Source: a bacterium
Lineage (GTDB): Bacteria; Electryoneota; JAOADG01
Direction of reading: 5' to 3'
Length of the DNA: 64,000 bases
Assembly: GCA_963681965.1 (NCBI GenBank)
Contig: OY820579.1
Span: 2,336,001 to 2,400,000, forward strand
Below are positions 9,408 through 20,121 of this stretch, in pieces. Both the position numbers and the translations under genes were made by a program. The notes under the pieces are model-generated. The model saw nothing but the letters and a program-made list of their open reading frames with translations, did not search any database and was not told the DNA's origin. How positions within the stretch are numbered: position 1 is the stretch's first letter; every line of letters begins with the position of its first letter.

Positions 9408-12400
9408 TTACTTCAACAGAATCGCTTTCTTCGTCGCTACAAATCCTGGTGTCTTCATCGTAATGAAGTAAATACCGGTACTAACTTTCATACCGCTGGA
9501 GTTATTGCCGTCCCAGTTGATTCGATAACTGCCGGTAGTATAGTCTTTATCGGCGAGCGTCTTCACCAACCGACCTAGTGCATCGTACACCGATACCGAT
9601 ACCCGACTTGACTTCGGAACTTCAAATCGAATTTGAGTGGTGTTGTTGAATGGATTCGGATAGATTGAACTGAGTGTAAATGCCTTCGGAATCGCAACTG
9701 CAGTTTCATGCGATGGTGGCTTGATTGCCTTGGAAAGCTTCGCGATCTTCGACAATGCCGTCATGCGGTTCGATTGCTGTGTCTGATAGTAACCGGCAAT
9801 ATCGCCTCGTTTCGAGGCAGGCGTCGGACGCAACAAACTCGAGACCAGCATGTCATACTCAATTCGTAGCGAGTCGTCACCGTTGCCATACGCGAGAATC
9901 GAATCGCGAAACGCATCGGCAGTCAGGAATTCGTGCATCGCGTCGAAGCCGTAACTCTCGTTGTAATACTTCGTCATGCTGTATGGATCGCCTACCGGCG
10001 GCAACTGCGGATTCAATTCCGACAGTCGTTGCAATGCCGCGGCACCGGCAGCAGTGGAATCGCCCGATTGCGCCAGCGTCAGATTGTAATAGTACAAAGC
10101 GCTATCGAGCATATCCTGACTGAAATAGATGTCGCCGCGCAACAAACTGCCGCCGAGATCGGACATGTAGTCGCCCAGATTCGTTCCGCACGACGAAGAG
10201 TCGAATACAGTATTCAAGCCCCAATACGCCCCATTGCTGGGCAACAAGCCACCTAACGGATTCGGATCCTTGTCGAAAGAGTTGCCTTTCAGATTAAGAT
10301 AGAACGGCGTGCCGACTTGCTGCATGTAATAGTTCAAATGGTTTCCATTTTGGTCGATAATACCGGTAAAGGTGTTCTCGCCATAGAGGAAAACCGGTGT
10401 CGAGTTGTCGACCAACACCATCGGGAAGTCGAGGATACCGGAGAAATCGTTCGACCCGACCTGTGAGTTGTCGGGATCGTAGAACGATGCCGTCGAGTTG
10501 CCGGTAAGATATACAGCATGATGATCGTTACCGGAGAAGCTGTTGCAGGTAAAGATCGTCGAAGCGGCATACCCGAAGAAACCGGATTTGTAATTGGTGG
10601 CGTTAATTCCGTTATCGCTGATGTTGCAGTGATCGATCCGACCGCCGCCATTCGACCAAACGAATGCGGCATCGCGATTGTTGTGCACCAGATTGTTATA
10701 GAATTGCGCTTCGCTGTACAAACCATTCACACCGATCGTACAATTGGAGATCTCGCTGTTGTCGATCTGAACTTTACTGGAAGTGGTATACAGGTCAATT
10801 CCGATGGTGCTGTTATTATTGCCAACGATATTGCAACCGTTGATCGTTGTCTCCTTCGGTTTCCACAGTTCCAGCGCTTTCACCGATTGGTTGTTGAAGT
10901 TGCAGCTTGTGATCGATTGATAAGAACCGTCGAGGGCATCGAATGAGGAAATCGCCTTCTCGCCGCCGGTAAAAGTGCAGTGCGACAACGCTACTGTATC
11001 CGCAAGCGAATTGACGGATATCGCCGTCGCACAATTCTCGAATTCCGCCGAATCGAGTTGAATTTGACCACCGGTGGATTTGATGGCATTGGAAAATGAT
11101 ACAAATTTTGCAAATCCTCCAATTACTTTACCACCCTCTTCAACTTCGATCGATGGTGCATCATTTTGGTGACCAATCAAGAATGCATAATTTTCGATTG
11201 GTGTTGGTGCGCTATCATGACCCATAAACTGCACGACAGTACCACTTGGAACATGAATTTTTCCACCATAAGTAAATGATATTCCTGCTCCCGGGTCAAT
11301 TTTTAATGTGTCGTTTGATGGAGGTTCTACAACATCGAAAACACAAAATGAACCTGAAATCCGAGCAGTCTGTTTGACAATAGAACCAAAACTAACGGAT
11401 ATGTCGCCAGTCGATTCATCATAAAAAATATTAGGTTCAGTTGAATTCTCAACCCTAAATCGAATATGATCTTGACCGGTCATTACTTCAGCGAAATATA
11501 CTCTTTCACGGTAACAATCATAAGTATTATTAAAACTTGGACTGAAAATGTCACCGGTAACATTTGTCGCAAGAGTTGACCAAGTATTACCCGAATTGTA
11601 CGATACAAGAATATTAACTGCTTGCGGTGTCGAATTAGTTGAATACATGTATTCGCGCCACCTAACTGGAATCGAGTTTGTACGATAGCGATCACCTGGA
11701 TTGGGTGTTGTGATTTGAACAACATTATGACGAAATGCTGTTATACCACTATTTGTACAAACAAAAGCACGACCTTGAATTTTTGGCGCTTCAGCAACGC
11801 CAAAAAAACTGGAATTATGTACCCAGTCGTCTGACGGCATACACACTTTTCTACCGTCACTTATATCATAAGAACCCATATTAAAACCGTCATTCCACGC
11901 AACTCCCCGTTGTAAATGGTATCGTAGATTGGCAATTGTAATTCCCGTCGCAGTCAACCCATAAACGTAATCGAATCTAGGATTGCCTACCATGCCAATA
12001 TTAGTGCCGGTAAGACCGATATATGTCCAACCTCCATATCTAGGATTTTGCACAGTTCGGAAATACTGCCATTGATGTAAACCAGTTGGTAAATTTGGAG
12101 GAGTTTCGTTAGTGGTTTCACATGAAATGATGTCTGGATAAATCGTAGCTCCATCAGCAGAATAGAACACAACACCACCAATAGTATTGTGACCGAGAGT
12201 TCGGGGATCCATAATGTTAAATTGATTATTGTTCAAATTAATCGGTCGAAATCCCCCGCAATTATTTCTTCCAATTAATAAGTGCGCTAAGCTTAGGTCA
12301 ATCGAGATTGGAGAGAGACCTTCCTCCATTTCCAGTTGGTTAATATTGGTGAAAGAACCGTCGGCAGGATTAAATCGCAACTTATGAACTGATGTTGCAG

Positions 12401-13991
12401 TGGTAGCAAAAACAATTATTTGATTAGTACCTAGAACAGTAAAGTTCATCGCTTTCAAATAAGTAACTCCCGGAAGGTGATAACCGGTTATGCGAGTTAG
12501 AGTTGCTGGTTCAAACACATCGATCCAATTTGCTCCAGCTGCGAATATGTACTGACTCAGAACAACGCCATTCGTGGGAACATTGGTTGCATTACAGATT
12601 GAAGAATAAGGGGTTGAGGTTAGAATTTGATCGGTTTCAGTGAATGTGAATGCGGTTGGATCGGTCATTGATATTGATATTTTCCGAATACCGCGTTCGC
12701 AAGCAGCAAATAGCATTACCGGAGTGTTCGATGAATTATCTGACCGATAGAAACATAATTCATTCGGGCTTCCTCCCGCTCCCGGACAGTTAGTATAAGT
12801 CCGATATGCGTTGCCGTTAAATACAACAATATTCTGATATGGTCCATTAGCGATATAAATTGGACTAGTTGTCGAGGACGGATTCACTAATACGATCGAC
12901 AATGGACTACCGTTAAAGTTTCGTTTTGAAAATACTGGTGAAGATTGATCCAAATACCATTGTATTGCGTCCGAACCGGTATAAGGACTTGCTAGAAGAT
13001 CAAATTGGACTAAATCTGCTCCGTTTCCCGAAGAAGAATTTTTTACAATTCGAACGTGAGCTTTAAATAATGCAGTTGCAGCTTGCTCTCCAATGCAAGT
13101 CATTGCAACTGCAGGTCCAAGATCATTTCCAGAAAATTGGAGGACGTCATAATCACTATTAAAGTACCAATTTCCCATATTCGATCGGTGCGTTATTACG
13201 ATCCGGTCTGTCAATGAAAGGATGATAAATTCCGATCCAAAAACAGCAGGAAGGTAATACAGTGCTTTTAATGGAACATCAGATTCATTTATATAAGTCA
13301 GAGGTTCCCAGTAAGGATTAGTTCCGCTGTAATGGTAATCTAACAAGTAATTTATACTCGGTGTTCCGGAAACGAACCCACCGATTAACAGTTGACCGGT
13401 TGCACCAAAGACCGGTTTGCAAAGTGTAGCATTATTTTGTGAAGAAACCACAGTAAATTGATTAATATCCCCGTACTGACTATACGATCCGACCCCGATC
13501 TGAGTATCTCCCGAAATTAAGATTTTTCCATCCCTAGCCAAGAGATACTTCCACTGACCAGTAGGAAGTGTTTCTACATCAAGCTGTGAAGGTGAGAATG
13601 GGTCGTCGGTCAAATCATATGTTTTTACTTCTTGAGTAGTAAGTTGAAACAAAATCTGTCCGACACGGAAAACATCTTTTGTGTTATCGTTTTGCGAGAA
13701 TTCATTTACACAAAAATACGTCTCCGATTCAGTGATTGCTGTGGGATTATTAAGAGGTGTTCGAAGAATTCGAACTCCACCGGTTCCAGAAGCTACATAA
13801 ATGTACTGATAAGATGTATTCGAGTATGTTACCATGCCAGATACATCACCCCAATATTGATAGTTTTCAACAGGAGTTGGTGGTGTGTAGCTGCCACATG
13901 GAATAATATTTCGAGCTTGGGATAGTGATGAGGTGATTAGTAAACTAACAATGATGCCAATCATCGACAGATAACGAAGAATACTTCTCAT
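9408..13991 (-). CDS. Large secreted protein: beta-propeller-like N-half, right-handed beta-helix, T9SS/FlgD-type C-terminal domain
   Basis: Signal peptide MRSILRYLSMIGII... after GAGGGAG. Parallel beta-helix repeats (CTF, CNF, CNI..N). C-terminus YPNPFN..YDALGRLVKTL..WDG..STGIYF..ILLK. Confidence 0.85.
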   Translation of the reverse strand: MRSILRYLSMIGIIVSLLITSSLSQARNIIPCGSYTPPTPVENYQYWGDVSGMVTYSNTSYQYIYVASGTGGVRILRTPLNNPTAITESETYFCVNEFSQNDNTKDVFRVGQILFQLTTQEVKTYDLTDDPFSPSQLDVETLPTGQWKYLLARDGKILISGDTQIGVGSYSQYGDINQFTVVSSQNNATLCKPVFGATGQLLIGGFVSGTPSINYLLDYHYSGTNPYWEPLTYINESDVPLKALYYLPAVFGSEFIILSLTDRIVITHRSNMGNWYFNSDYDVLQFSGNDLGPAVAMTCIGEQAATALFKAHVRIVKNSSSGNGADLVQFDLLASPYTGSDAIQWYLDQSSPVFSKRNFNGSPLSIVLVNPSSTTSPIYIANGPYQNIVVFNGNAYRTYTNCPGAGGSPNELCFYRSDNSSNTPVMLFAACERGIRKISISMTDPTAFTFTETDQILTSTPYSSICNATNVPTNGVVLSQYIFAAGANWIDVFEPATLTRITGYHLPGVTYLKAMNFTVLGTNQIIVFATTATSVHKLRFNPADGSFTNINQLEMEEGLSPISIDLSLAHLLIGRNNCGGFRPINLNNNQFNIMDPRTLGHNTIGGVVFYSADGATIYPDIISCETTNETPPNLPTGLHQWQYFRTVQNPRYGGWTYIGLTGTNIGMVGNPRFDYVYGLTATGITIANLRYHLQRGVAWNDGFNMGSYDISDGRKVCMPSDDWVHNSSFFGVAEAPKIQGRAFVCTNSGITAFRHNVVQITTPNPGDRYRTNSIPVRWREYMYSTNSTPQAVNILVSYNSGNTWSTLATNVTGDIFSPSFNNTYDCYRERVYFAEVMTGQDHIRFRVENSTEPNIFYDESTGDISVSFGSIVKQTARISGSFCVFDVVEPPSNDTLKIDPGAGISFTYGGKIHVPSGTVVQFMGHDSAPTPIENYAFLIGHQNDAPSIEVEEGGKVIGGFAKFVSFSNAIKSTGGQIQLDSAEFENCATAISVNSLADTVALSHCTFTGGEKAISSFDALDGSYQSITSCNFNNQSVKALELWKPKETTINGCNIVGNNNSTIGIDLYTTSSKVQIDNSEISNCTIGVNGLYSEAQFYNNLVHNNRDAAFVWSNGGGRIDHCNISDNGINATNYKSGFFGYAASTIFTCNSFSGNDHHAVYLTGNSTASFYDPDNSQVGSNDFSGILDFPMVLVDNSTPVFLYGENTFTGIIDQNGNHLNYYMQQVGTPFYLNLKGNSFDKDPNPLGGLLPSNGAYWGLNTVFDSSSCGTNLGDYMSDLGGSLLRGDIYFSQDMLDSALYYYNLTLAQSGDSTAAGAAALQRLSELNPQLPPVGDPYSMTKYYNESYGFDAMHEFLTADAFRDSILAYGNGDDSLRIEYDMLVSSLLRPTPASKRGDIAGYYQTQQSNRMTALSKIAKLSKAIKPPSHETAVAIPKAFTLSSIYPNPFNNTTQIRFEVPKSSRVSVSVYDALGRLVKTLADKDYTTGSYRINWDGNNSSGMKVSTGIYFITMKTPGFVATKKAILLK

Positions 13992-14008
13992 AGCAATCTC
14001 CCTCAAAG

Positions 14009-16162
14009 TTATTTGATTAGTGAAATCGGATAAATCCGATTTGAGTTATTCACTCGTAAATGAATGAAATATTTTCCACTGGCAAATTTTTCTGAGTGCC
14101 AGTTAAATTGATAGAATCCTGATGAATACTGATCGCATGCAACGACAGCCACACTTTTTCCCAAAACGTTGAAGATTTCAAGTCGAAGCATACTCGCTGT
14201 CGGCAATGATAACCTAATATGAAGAATCGAGTTGAATGGGTTCGGAAAGGTCGTAAGTTGAAACGTTTCGACAACGGGATGAAATTCTACCAGTTCTGAG
14301 GATGTCACCGAGGCTGTCGAGCGATAATTACTGTAGTAGAGACAATTCATGGAATCGAGATAGAGCTTCTTGTAATCACTTTCAGACGTTTCAAGAAGAG
14401 TCTCCCAATGAGAATTGTTATGTAACAACCGTTTCACATATTGATGAATATTGGAGGTTAAATCGGTATTATTCTCGATTATAAATAAATCGCCTTGAAT
14501 ATTATCGAGAAAACAGTTTATCGATTGGTTGGATAATAGAAATGGGACTGTGAGCCAATCGACACCGCCATTGTTCGATTTAAAATGACCTCTGGCGGTT
14601 TGCGCGAAGACTGCATGTCCAGACCAAATCTTGAGAGGTTGTTCATTAAGAAGCTGATACTGAGACGTTCGATGCCAACTTGTGCCTAGATTCGAAGAAC
14701 GTTCGAGGTATGTCGTATCATTAGAAAATGTCAACTGATAGATTGTATTGGACGAATCACATCCAATGATGGAATTTTCAGATATTAAATGCCAACTGCA
14801 ACCTTGATTGGTCGAATATTGATTCCCTCGGATCTCTGTTCCATCAGGTAAATAACAGAAATCGCCAGTACTTTGAGCCGTATCTCGAGACCAATTCTCA
14901 CCATGATCGTTTGAACGAAAAATATCGTCATTGGTTGCTAAAATGATCCTTCCATTTTGTTTCTTACAGATTCCCTTAATTCCAATCGATTGTCTGCCAT
15001 CGATACAAATCTTACGAGTGATCGTTTGCCAAGTCGTACAATGGTCGCGACTAATCAACAAACCGAGATCTGCAGTGATCATCGAACCGTTATTTGTTTC
15101 CAGCCAATACTCATTTCGATAAGCTTCGAATGCAGAAAAACATTCAATCCAATTAACTCCTTGATCAGTAGAACGATAAGTAGCCTCATCAGCACGAATG
15201 ATTGTTCCAGATTGTGATACACCGAACGTTGGGTATTCCGATATTAGATTCGGTGAAAAATATGTCCATGTCGTTCCGAAATCGGTGGACCGCGCTAAGT
15301 CACTTCGATTTAGAGAAGGTCTGAAGACCTGAACGTAAATTCTTCCTAATGAATCAATAGAGAAGTCATCACTTACTAACTCAAATCCCGGCACCGACTG
15401 CCAATGTAGCCCCCCATCGAGCGACCGATACAAACCAGTCCAAGCAGATCCACTTGCTAGGATTACGGTATCGTTGACAGCTTCCATATCGTTAAAATGA
15501 AAAGGTCCTGGTACCGCAATGGTTTGCCAGTTTTCCCCGTTGTCAGTTGATCGTGCGACATAATGGTCCGGTGCCCAGCCGGTATCAAGTGGTAGAGAGC
15601 CGCTGCATAGAATTGTATGGTTAGGAGTAATTGCAAGGCAATTGTTGAAACGGACGGGAATTGATCGCGATACCCAGGATACACCATCGTTGGTTGAGAT
15701 AAATAACTTGCTGGTATCGATTTGTAAATATTCGTAAGACATCACATAATGGCGTCCATCGCTAAATACACGATGTTGTTTTAAATCGTAGCTACAAAAT
15801 ATTGGCTCGTTTATCCAGTTTATGCCGTTATTTGTCGTTGAGAATGTTCGGAATTCTCCTGTATATAACCGTGTAAAATACAATTTTCCCGTTCGGTCGA
15901 TGCAAATCGAAGGCAATGGCGAATCGTTCCAATTCTCAAGTCGACCTACGAAAATCCAAGTTACACCATCATCAGTTGATCGAATAAGATTGTAACTTCC
16001 ATGACCCTCAGACCAAATTAACACATTGTTATTCACGCCATTTTGAACTAACCTGGTTAGTCCTCCGAAACTGCTAAGTTGTTCAAAAGTAGGTTGCCCA
16101 AGTCCTACTTGGGAGCTTAACATTGCGAGAACAGTAAACATCCATTTAGTTAGATTGCTCAT
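14009..16162 (-). CDS. Secreted BNR/Asp-box beta-propeller protein with T9SS-type C-terminal domain
   Basis: Many (R)STDxGxTW Asp-boxes, a signal peptide, and FPNPFN..FNVLGK..ASGKYF C-terminus. Confidence 0.88.
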   Translation of the reverse strand: MSNLTKWMFTVLAMLSSQVGLGQPTFEQLSSFGGLTRLVQNGVNNNVLIWSEGHGSYNLIRSTDDGVTWIFVGRLENWNDSPLPSICIDRTGKLYFTRLYTGEFRTFSTTNNGINWINEPIFCSYDLKQHRVFSDGRHYVMSYEYLQIDTSKLFISTNDGVSWVSRSIPVRFNNCLAITPNHTILCSGSLPLDTGWAPDHYVARSTDNGENWQTIAVPGPFHFNDMEAVNDTVILASGSAWTGLYRSLDGGLHWQSVPGFELVSDDFSIDSLGRIYVQVFRPSLNRSDLARSTDFGTTWTYFSPNLISEYPTFGVSQSGTIIRADEATYRSTDQGVNWIECFSAFEAYRNEYWLETNNGSMITADLGLLISRDHCTTWQTITRKICIDGRQSIGIKGICKKQNGRIILATNDDIFRSNDHGENWSRDTAQSTGDFCYLPDGTEIRGNQYSTNQGCSWHLISENSIIGCDSSNTIYQLTFSNDTTYLERSSNLGTSWHRTSQYQLLNEQPLKIWSGHAVFAQTARGHFKSNNGGVDWLTVPFLLSNQSINCFLDNIQGDLFIIENNTDLTSNIHQYVKRLLHNNSHWETLLETSESDYKKLYLDSMNCLYYSNYRSTASVTSSELVEFHPVVETFQLTTFPNPFNSILHIRLSLPTASMLRLEIFNVLGKSVAVVACDQYSSGFYQFNWHSEKFASGKYFIHLRVNNSNRIYPISLIK

Positions 16163-16682
16163 TTGTATGTTTTTACAATTAGATATAACATATTGACAAT
16201 GAACTGCTAATTACTGAAAAAAACTGGTTGCGCTCAACCGATACTTGCACAATGACATAAAATGATTCCACAAATCCATCTAATTCGATCGACCATCTTT
16301 CGCAACTTTCTACTTAGTACTAGTATACAACTGGGTGACTCCCGATCAACTTGCAGGATCTTCGAATTGGAGCTGATTGTTGGAAACCTTGCGGGAACAT
16401 GCATCGTCATTGCCTCTTCGATCTGTGTCTCGACATCACAATCCATCCATCGGAATATTAAGCATGTTGTCTTTTGATAAACTAGTAAATCACTATTCAA
16501 TTGTCAATAGCGAAGAGACAATTTTTAAAAATACTTATCTTTCGTCAACTTATATATTGAATTATACTAATGTTAGAAATATTCCACATAAGTAATCAAC
16601 TTATTAGAGAAAATATACCAATAACTATCTTTTAGAATTAAATATATTCAGGTTTGAGCCAGACAATTTTAACGAAATAGTA

Positions 16683-16838
16683 TAAAATAGATCCCGACGC
16701 GAGTTTGCGCCCATCGAACGTGACGCGATAGCTGCCACTATGCTGTTTCTCATCCACCAGCGTCAGCACACCGCGATCCATCTGATCGATTAGTATTTAT
16801 TTCACTCTACCGGTTATCGGAATCAGAACCTGGATTCC
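16683..16838 (-). pseudogene. Remnant of a T9SS-type C-terminal domain
   Basis: Minus strand translates GIQVLIPITGRVK*ILIDQMDRGVLTLVDEKQHSGSYRVTFDGRKLASG, then a frameshift into IYF. Contains an internal stop. Confidence 0.7.
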
Positions 16839-16959
16839 ACTTTTCGCTAAATCTGCACTAACGAATTGCGAAAATTTTGATTCATTGCATTTCGATTGAT
16901 AATCGGGAAGTACTTTAGTTATCTTTTAAAATTAATTCTTGCACCAACAAGGGACAAAT

Positions 16960-19900
16960 ATGGCTGCACCAAAGCGGAAGTCGGGTACGGAATTGTTTAT
17001 CGTCGACAACAACGATTCCGATTGGAAAGTTCGCTCCTACATCAGCGACTGGTGCGAATTGTCGAAAGCGATTGATATCGCTACCGGCTACTTCGAGATC
17101 GGTGGTCTATTATGTCTGAAAGAAAAGTGGCAGCAGGTCGATCGGATCCGCATTCTGATGGGTGACGAAGTATCGTATCGTACCAAAGCGGCGTTTACCA
17201 AAGGGCTACAGCGAATTCAAAGCACTCTGGATCGAAGTCTCGAAGATGAAAAGTTACGCAACGACTTTTTAGAAGGTGTCCCCGCGATCGTTGAAGGCAT
17301 TCGTTCCGGTAAGATCGTCTGCCGGGTCTTCCGGAAGGATAAGTTTCATGCTAAAGCCTATATCACACATGGTCGTGCTGCGGTGATCGGATCGTTCGCG
17401 CTGGTTGGTTCATCAAATTTCACTTTTCCGGGCTTGAATGATAATATCGAACTAAATGTTCAAATTACCGGCTCCGATGTTAGTTCGTTACAGGATTGGT
17501 TCGAACAGCATTGGAATGAAGCGGACGACGTTACTGCCGATATTCTCCGCACCTTCGAACGTCACACAAATCCGCATCAGCCATTCGAAATCTGGTTGAA
17601 ATCGCTGTATGAGTATTTTTACGGGCGTGAACTCGATGCTGACAATTGGGATCGTGAAAAGTCCGTGATGTACAAGATCCTCGATAAATATCAGCGAGAT
17701 GCCTATAAGAATCTGATGCAAATCGCTAGTAGGTTCGGCGGGGCGTTTCTGTGCGATGGGGTCGGGTTGGGGAAAACCTATGTCGGATTGATGTTACTGG
17801 AACGATTGGTTTTCAAAGAAAAAAAGCAAGTCGTCCTGTTCGCCCCGAAAGCCGCTCGCGAAGATGTCTGGAATACAGCTTTGGAACAATATATGCCCAA
17901 AGCGAAGAGTGAATTCGTCAATCTGGTAGTCTATAATCACACGGACCTTAACCGCGTAGGGGATTGGCCGGAGAAGATGGCGCTGACGGTCCGCGATGCC
18001 GATGTGATCCTGATCGATGAGGCGCACCACTTCCGGAACAAGGGGGTTGCCGGCGAGCAAAAATCGGCGCCATCGCGCTACCGCAAGTTGCAAGACTACA
18101 TCCATTCGGGAGATCGTCCGAAGCAGATCTACTTCCTGACCGCTACTCCGATCAATAATACGGTACACGATTTCCGCAATATGATCGAGCTCTTCACCAA
18201 AGACAATGAACAATACTTTTCGACTACGATTGGCATTCACAATCTTACCGCCCATTTTATCCAGTTGAACGCGCGAATTCTCGGGAAAACAGCTAAAACG
18301 GTACAACTTGCTTTAAATCTGGAAAACAATCTGTTCGATGCCGAGCGGGTGTTGCATTCGGACAAGATCTTCGATGCCTTAGTGGTGCAACGCAGCCGCG
18401 CCTATGTGAAGGAGAGCCAGTTGCAGAGCGAGGGCGGCGTTTCGATGTTTCCCGAGCGAGAGATCCCAAAAGTCGTGCCGTATAATTTGAAATCGACCTA
18501 CGGAATACTGTTAAAGAGTGTGGAACAAGCCTTTCGGAACGATATTCCGTTATTCAATCTTAGTGTCTATTATCCGTTAAAACATTGGATCGGTGGTGAA
18601 ATCGTTGGACTAGAACGCGCTTTCGCCGATGGTCGTCAGAAAATGGTCGTATCGCTGATCCGTACGTCGTTCCTTAAGCGATTCGAAAGTTCGGCGGTTG
18701 CATTCGAAATCTCATGTTGGCGATTGTTAAAAAATCTTCTTAAATGGATCACAGTTCATGGAACTTCAGAGAATTCAAAACGTTCGATCCATTCTTGGAA
18801 GCTGATTAATGCACCGCTAATTAATTACCAAGTTCAACACGAGCTCGATCTTTATCCGACCGACACAGAAGAAGACGAAGTAGAGGATTTCTTAAGCGAC
18901 GAAAGTCTAGCGGAAGTCATTCAGCTTGACGATCCAGAGAATTACGATATCGATAAAATAGTGGAAGAAACGCTAGTAGACTTATCACAACTCGCAGCTT
19001 TCCTGCAGGAAGTTCGACAGGTCAAACCGGAGCGGGATGACAAGCTGAAATCGCTGATCAAGCTTCTTAAAACCGATCCGGTATTGAAGAAGGAAAAGGC
19101 GATAATCTTTACCGAATTCGCCGATACCGCCCGATATCTCGAACATGAATTGAAGAATGAGAAGATCAAAGGAATTTATCGGGTAGACGGCAGCTTTAAA
19201 CATGAGCAGCGTAGTGAAATCTTGCATCGTTTTTCGCCGTATTACAATGGGCGATCCTCAGTAGATCTCGCTGCGAGCGGGCAATCGGAAATCCGGATCC
19301 TGATTTCGACCGATGTCTTGTCGGAAGGCTTAAACCTGCAGGATGCCACCCGGCTTATCAATTACGACTTGCATTGGAATCCGGTGCGGTTGATGCAGCG
19401 GATCGGTCGTGTCGATCGCCGCATGAATCCGGAGATCGAAGCAAAAATTGTAGAGGATCACCCTGAACTTAAGGCAACCCGCGGGAAAGTCGCATTCTGG
19501 AATTTCCTTCCGCCCGATGAATTGAATTTATTGCTCGGACTGTTCCAGAAGGTATCGAAGAAAGTGTTGGTGATCTCGAAACTGCTCGGCATCGAAGGGC
19601 GCAAGCTGCTGACGCCAGATGACGAATTCGATCCAATCCGCGAACTGAACGAGCAGTGTGATGGCGAGCTATCCGAAGCCGAACGCCTCCGCTTGGAATA
19701 CGAGAAGCTGATGCGGGATTACCCGGAGCTGGCAGCCGAATTGCCGGACTTCCCGAATAAGGTCTATTCCGGTCGAGAGGCGCAACATAGCGCGAAAGCG
19801 ATTTTCTTCTGTTATCGTATTCCCGGACCCGATCCCGACCAGATCGATACCGAGACAGGCATGCGGTGGACGGAGCGGATGGGAAAAACCGTCTGGTATT

Positions 19901-20121
19901 GCTGCGATCTTGCGTCAGGAAATGTCACTGCTGATCTTACCGAGATTGCCCGGATCATCCGCACCGCTCCCGACACGTCGCGCCGCATCGCTCTGGATCG
20001 AACTCAAGTCACCGAGATTCGCAAGAAGGTCGAGCGGCAGGTGATACACGATGAATTAAGAACAGTGCAATCCCCGATAGGTGTTTCGCCGATATTAAAA
20101 TGTTGGATGGAGTTAAACTGA
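16960..20121 (+). CDS. PLD-nuclease domain fused to SNF2-family SF2 helicase
   Basis: FHAKAY..GSSNFT..GL..NIELN (HxK PLD). DGVGLGKT, IDEAHHFRN, LTATP, QRSR, IIFTEFADTA, STDVLSEGLNLQ, WNPVRLMQRIGRVDR. Confidence 0.92.
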   Translation: MAAPKRKSGTELFIVDNNDSDWKVRSYISDWCELSKAIDIATGYFEIGGLLCLKEKWQQVDRIRILMGDEVSYRTKAAFTKGLQRIQSTLDRSLEDEKLRNDFLEGVPAIVEGIRSGKIVCRVFRKDKFHAKAYITHGRAAVIGSFALVGSSNFTFPGLNDNIELNVQITGSDVSSLQDWFEQHWNEADDVTADILRTFERHTNPHQPFEIWLKSLYEYFYGRELDADNWDREKSVMYKILDKYQRDAYKNLMQIASRFGGAFLCDGVGLGKTYVGLMLLERLVFKEKKQVVLFAPKAAREDVWNTALEQYMPKAKSEFVNLVVYNHTDLNRVGDWPEKMALTVRDADVILIDEAHHFRNKGVAGEQKSAPSRYRKLQDYIHSGDRPKQIYFLTATPINNTVHDFRNMIELFTKDNEQYFSTTIGIHNLTAHFIQLNARILGKTAKTVQLALNLENNLFDAERVLHSDKIFDALVVQRSRAYVKESQLQSEGGVSMFPEREIPKVVPYNLKSTYGILLKSVEQAFRNDIPLFNLSVYYPLKHWIGGEIVGLERAFADGRQKMVVSLIRTSFLKRFESSAVAFEISCWRLLKNLLKWITVHGTSENSKRSIHSWKLINAPLINYQVQHELDLYPTDTEEDEVEDFLSDESLAEVIQLDDPENYDIDKIVEETLVDLSQLAAFLQEVRQVKPERDDKLKSLIKLLKTDPVLKKEKAIIFTEFADTARYLEHELKNEKIKGIYRVDGSFKHEQRSEILHRFSPYYNGRSSVDLAASGQSEIRILISTDVLSEGLNLQDATRLINYDLHWNPVRLMQRIGRVDRRMNPEIEAKIVEDHPELKATRGKVAFWNFLPPDELNLLLGLFQKVSKKVLVISKLLGIEGRKLLTPDDEFDPIRELNEQCDGELSEAERLRLEYEKLMRDYPELAAELPDFPNKVYSGREAQHSAKAIFFCYRIPGPDPDQIDTETGMRWTERMGKTVWYCCDLASGNVTADLTEIARIIRTAPDTSRRIALDRTQVTEIRKKVERQVIHDELRTVQSPIGVSPILKCWMELN

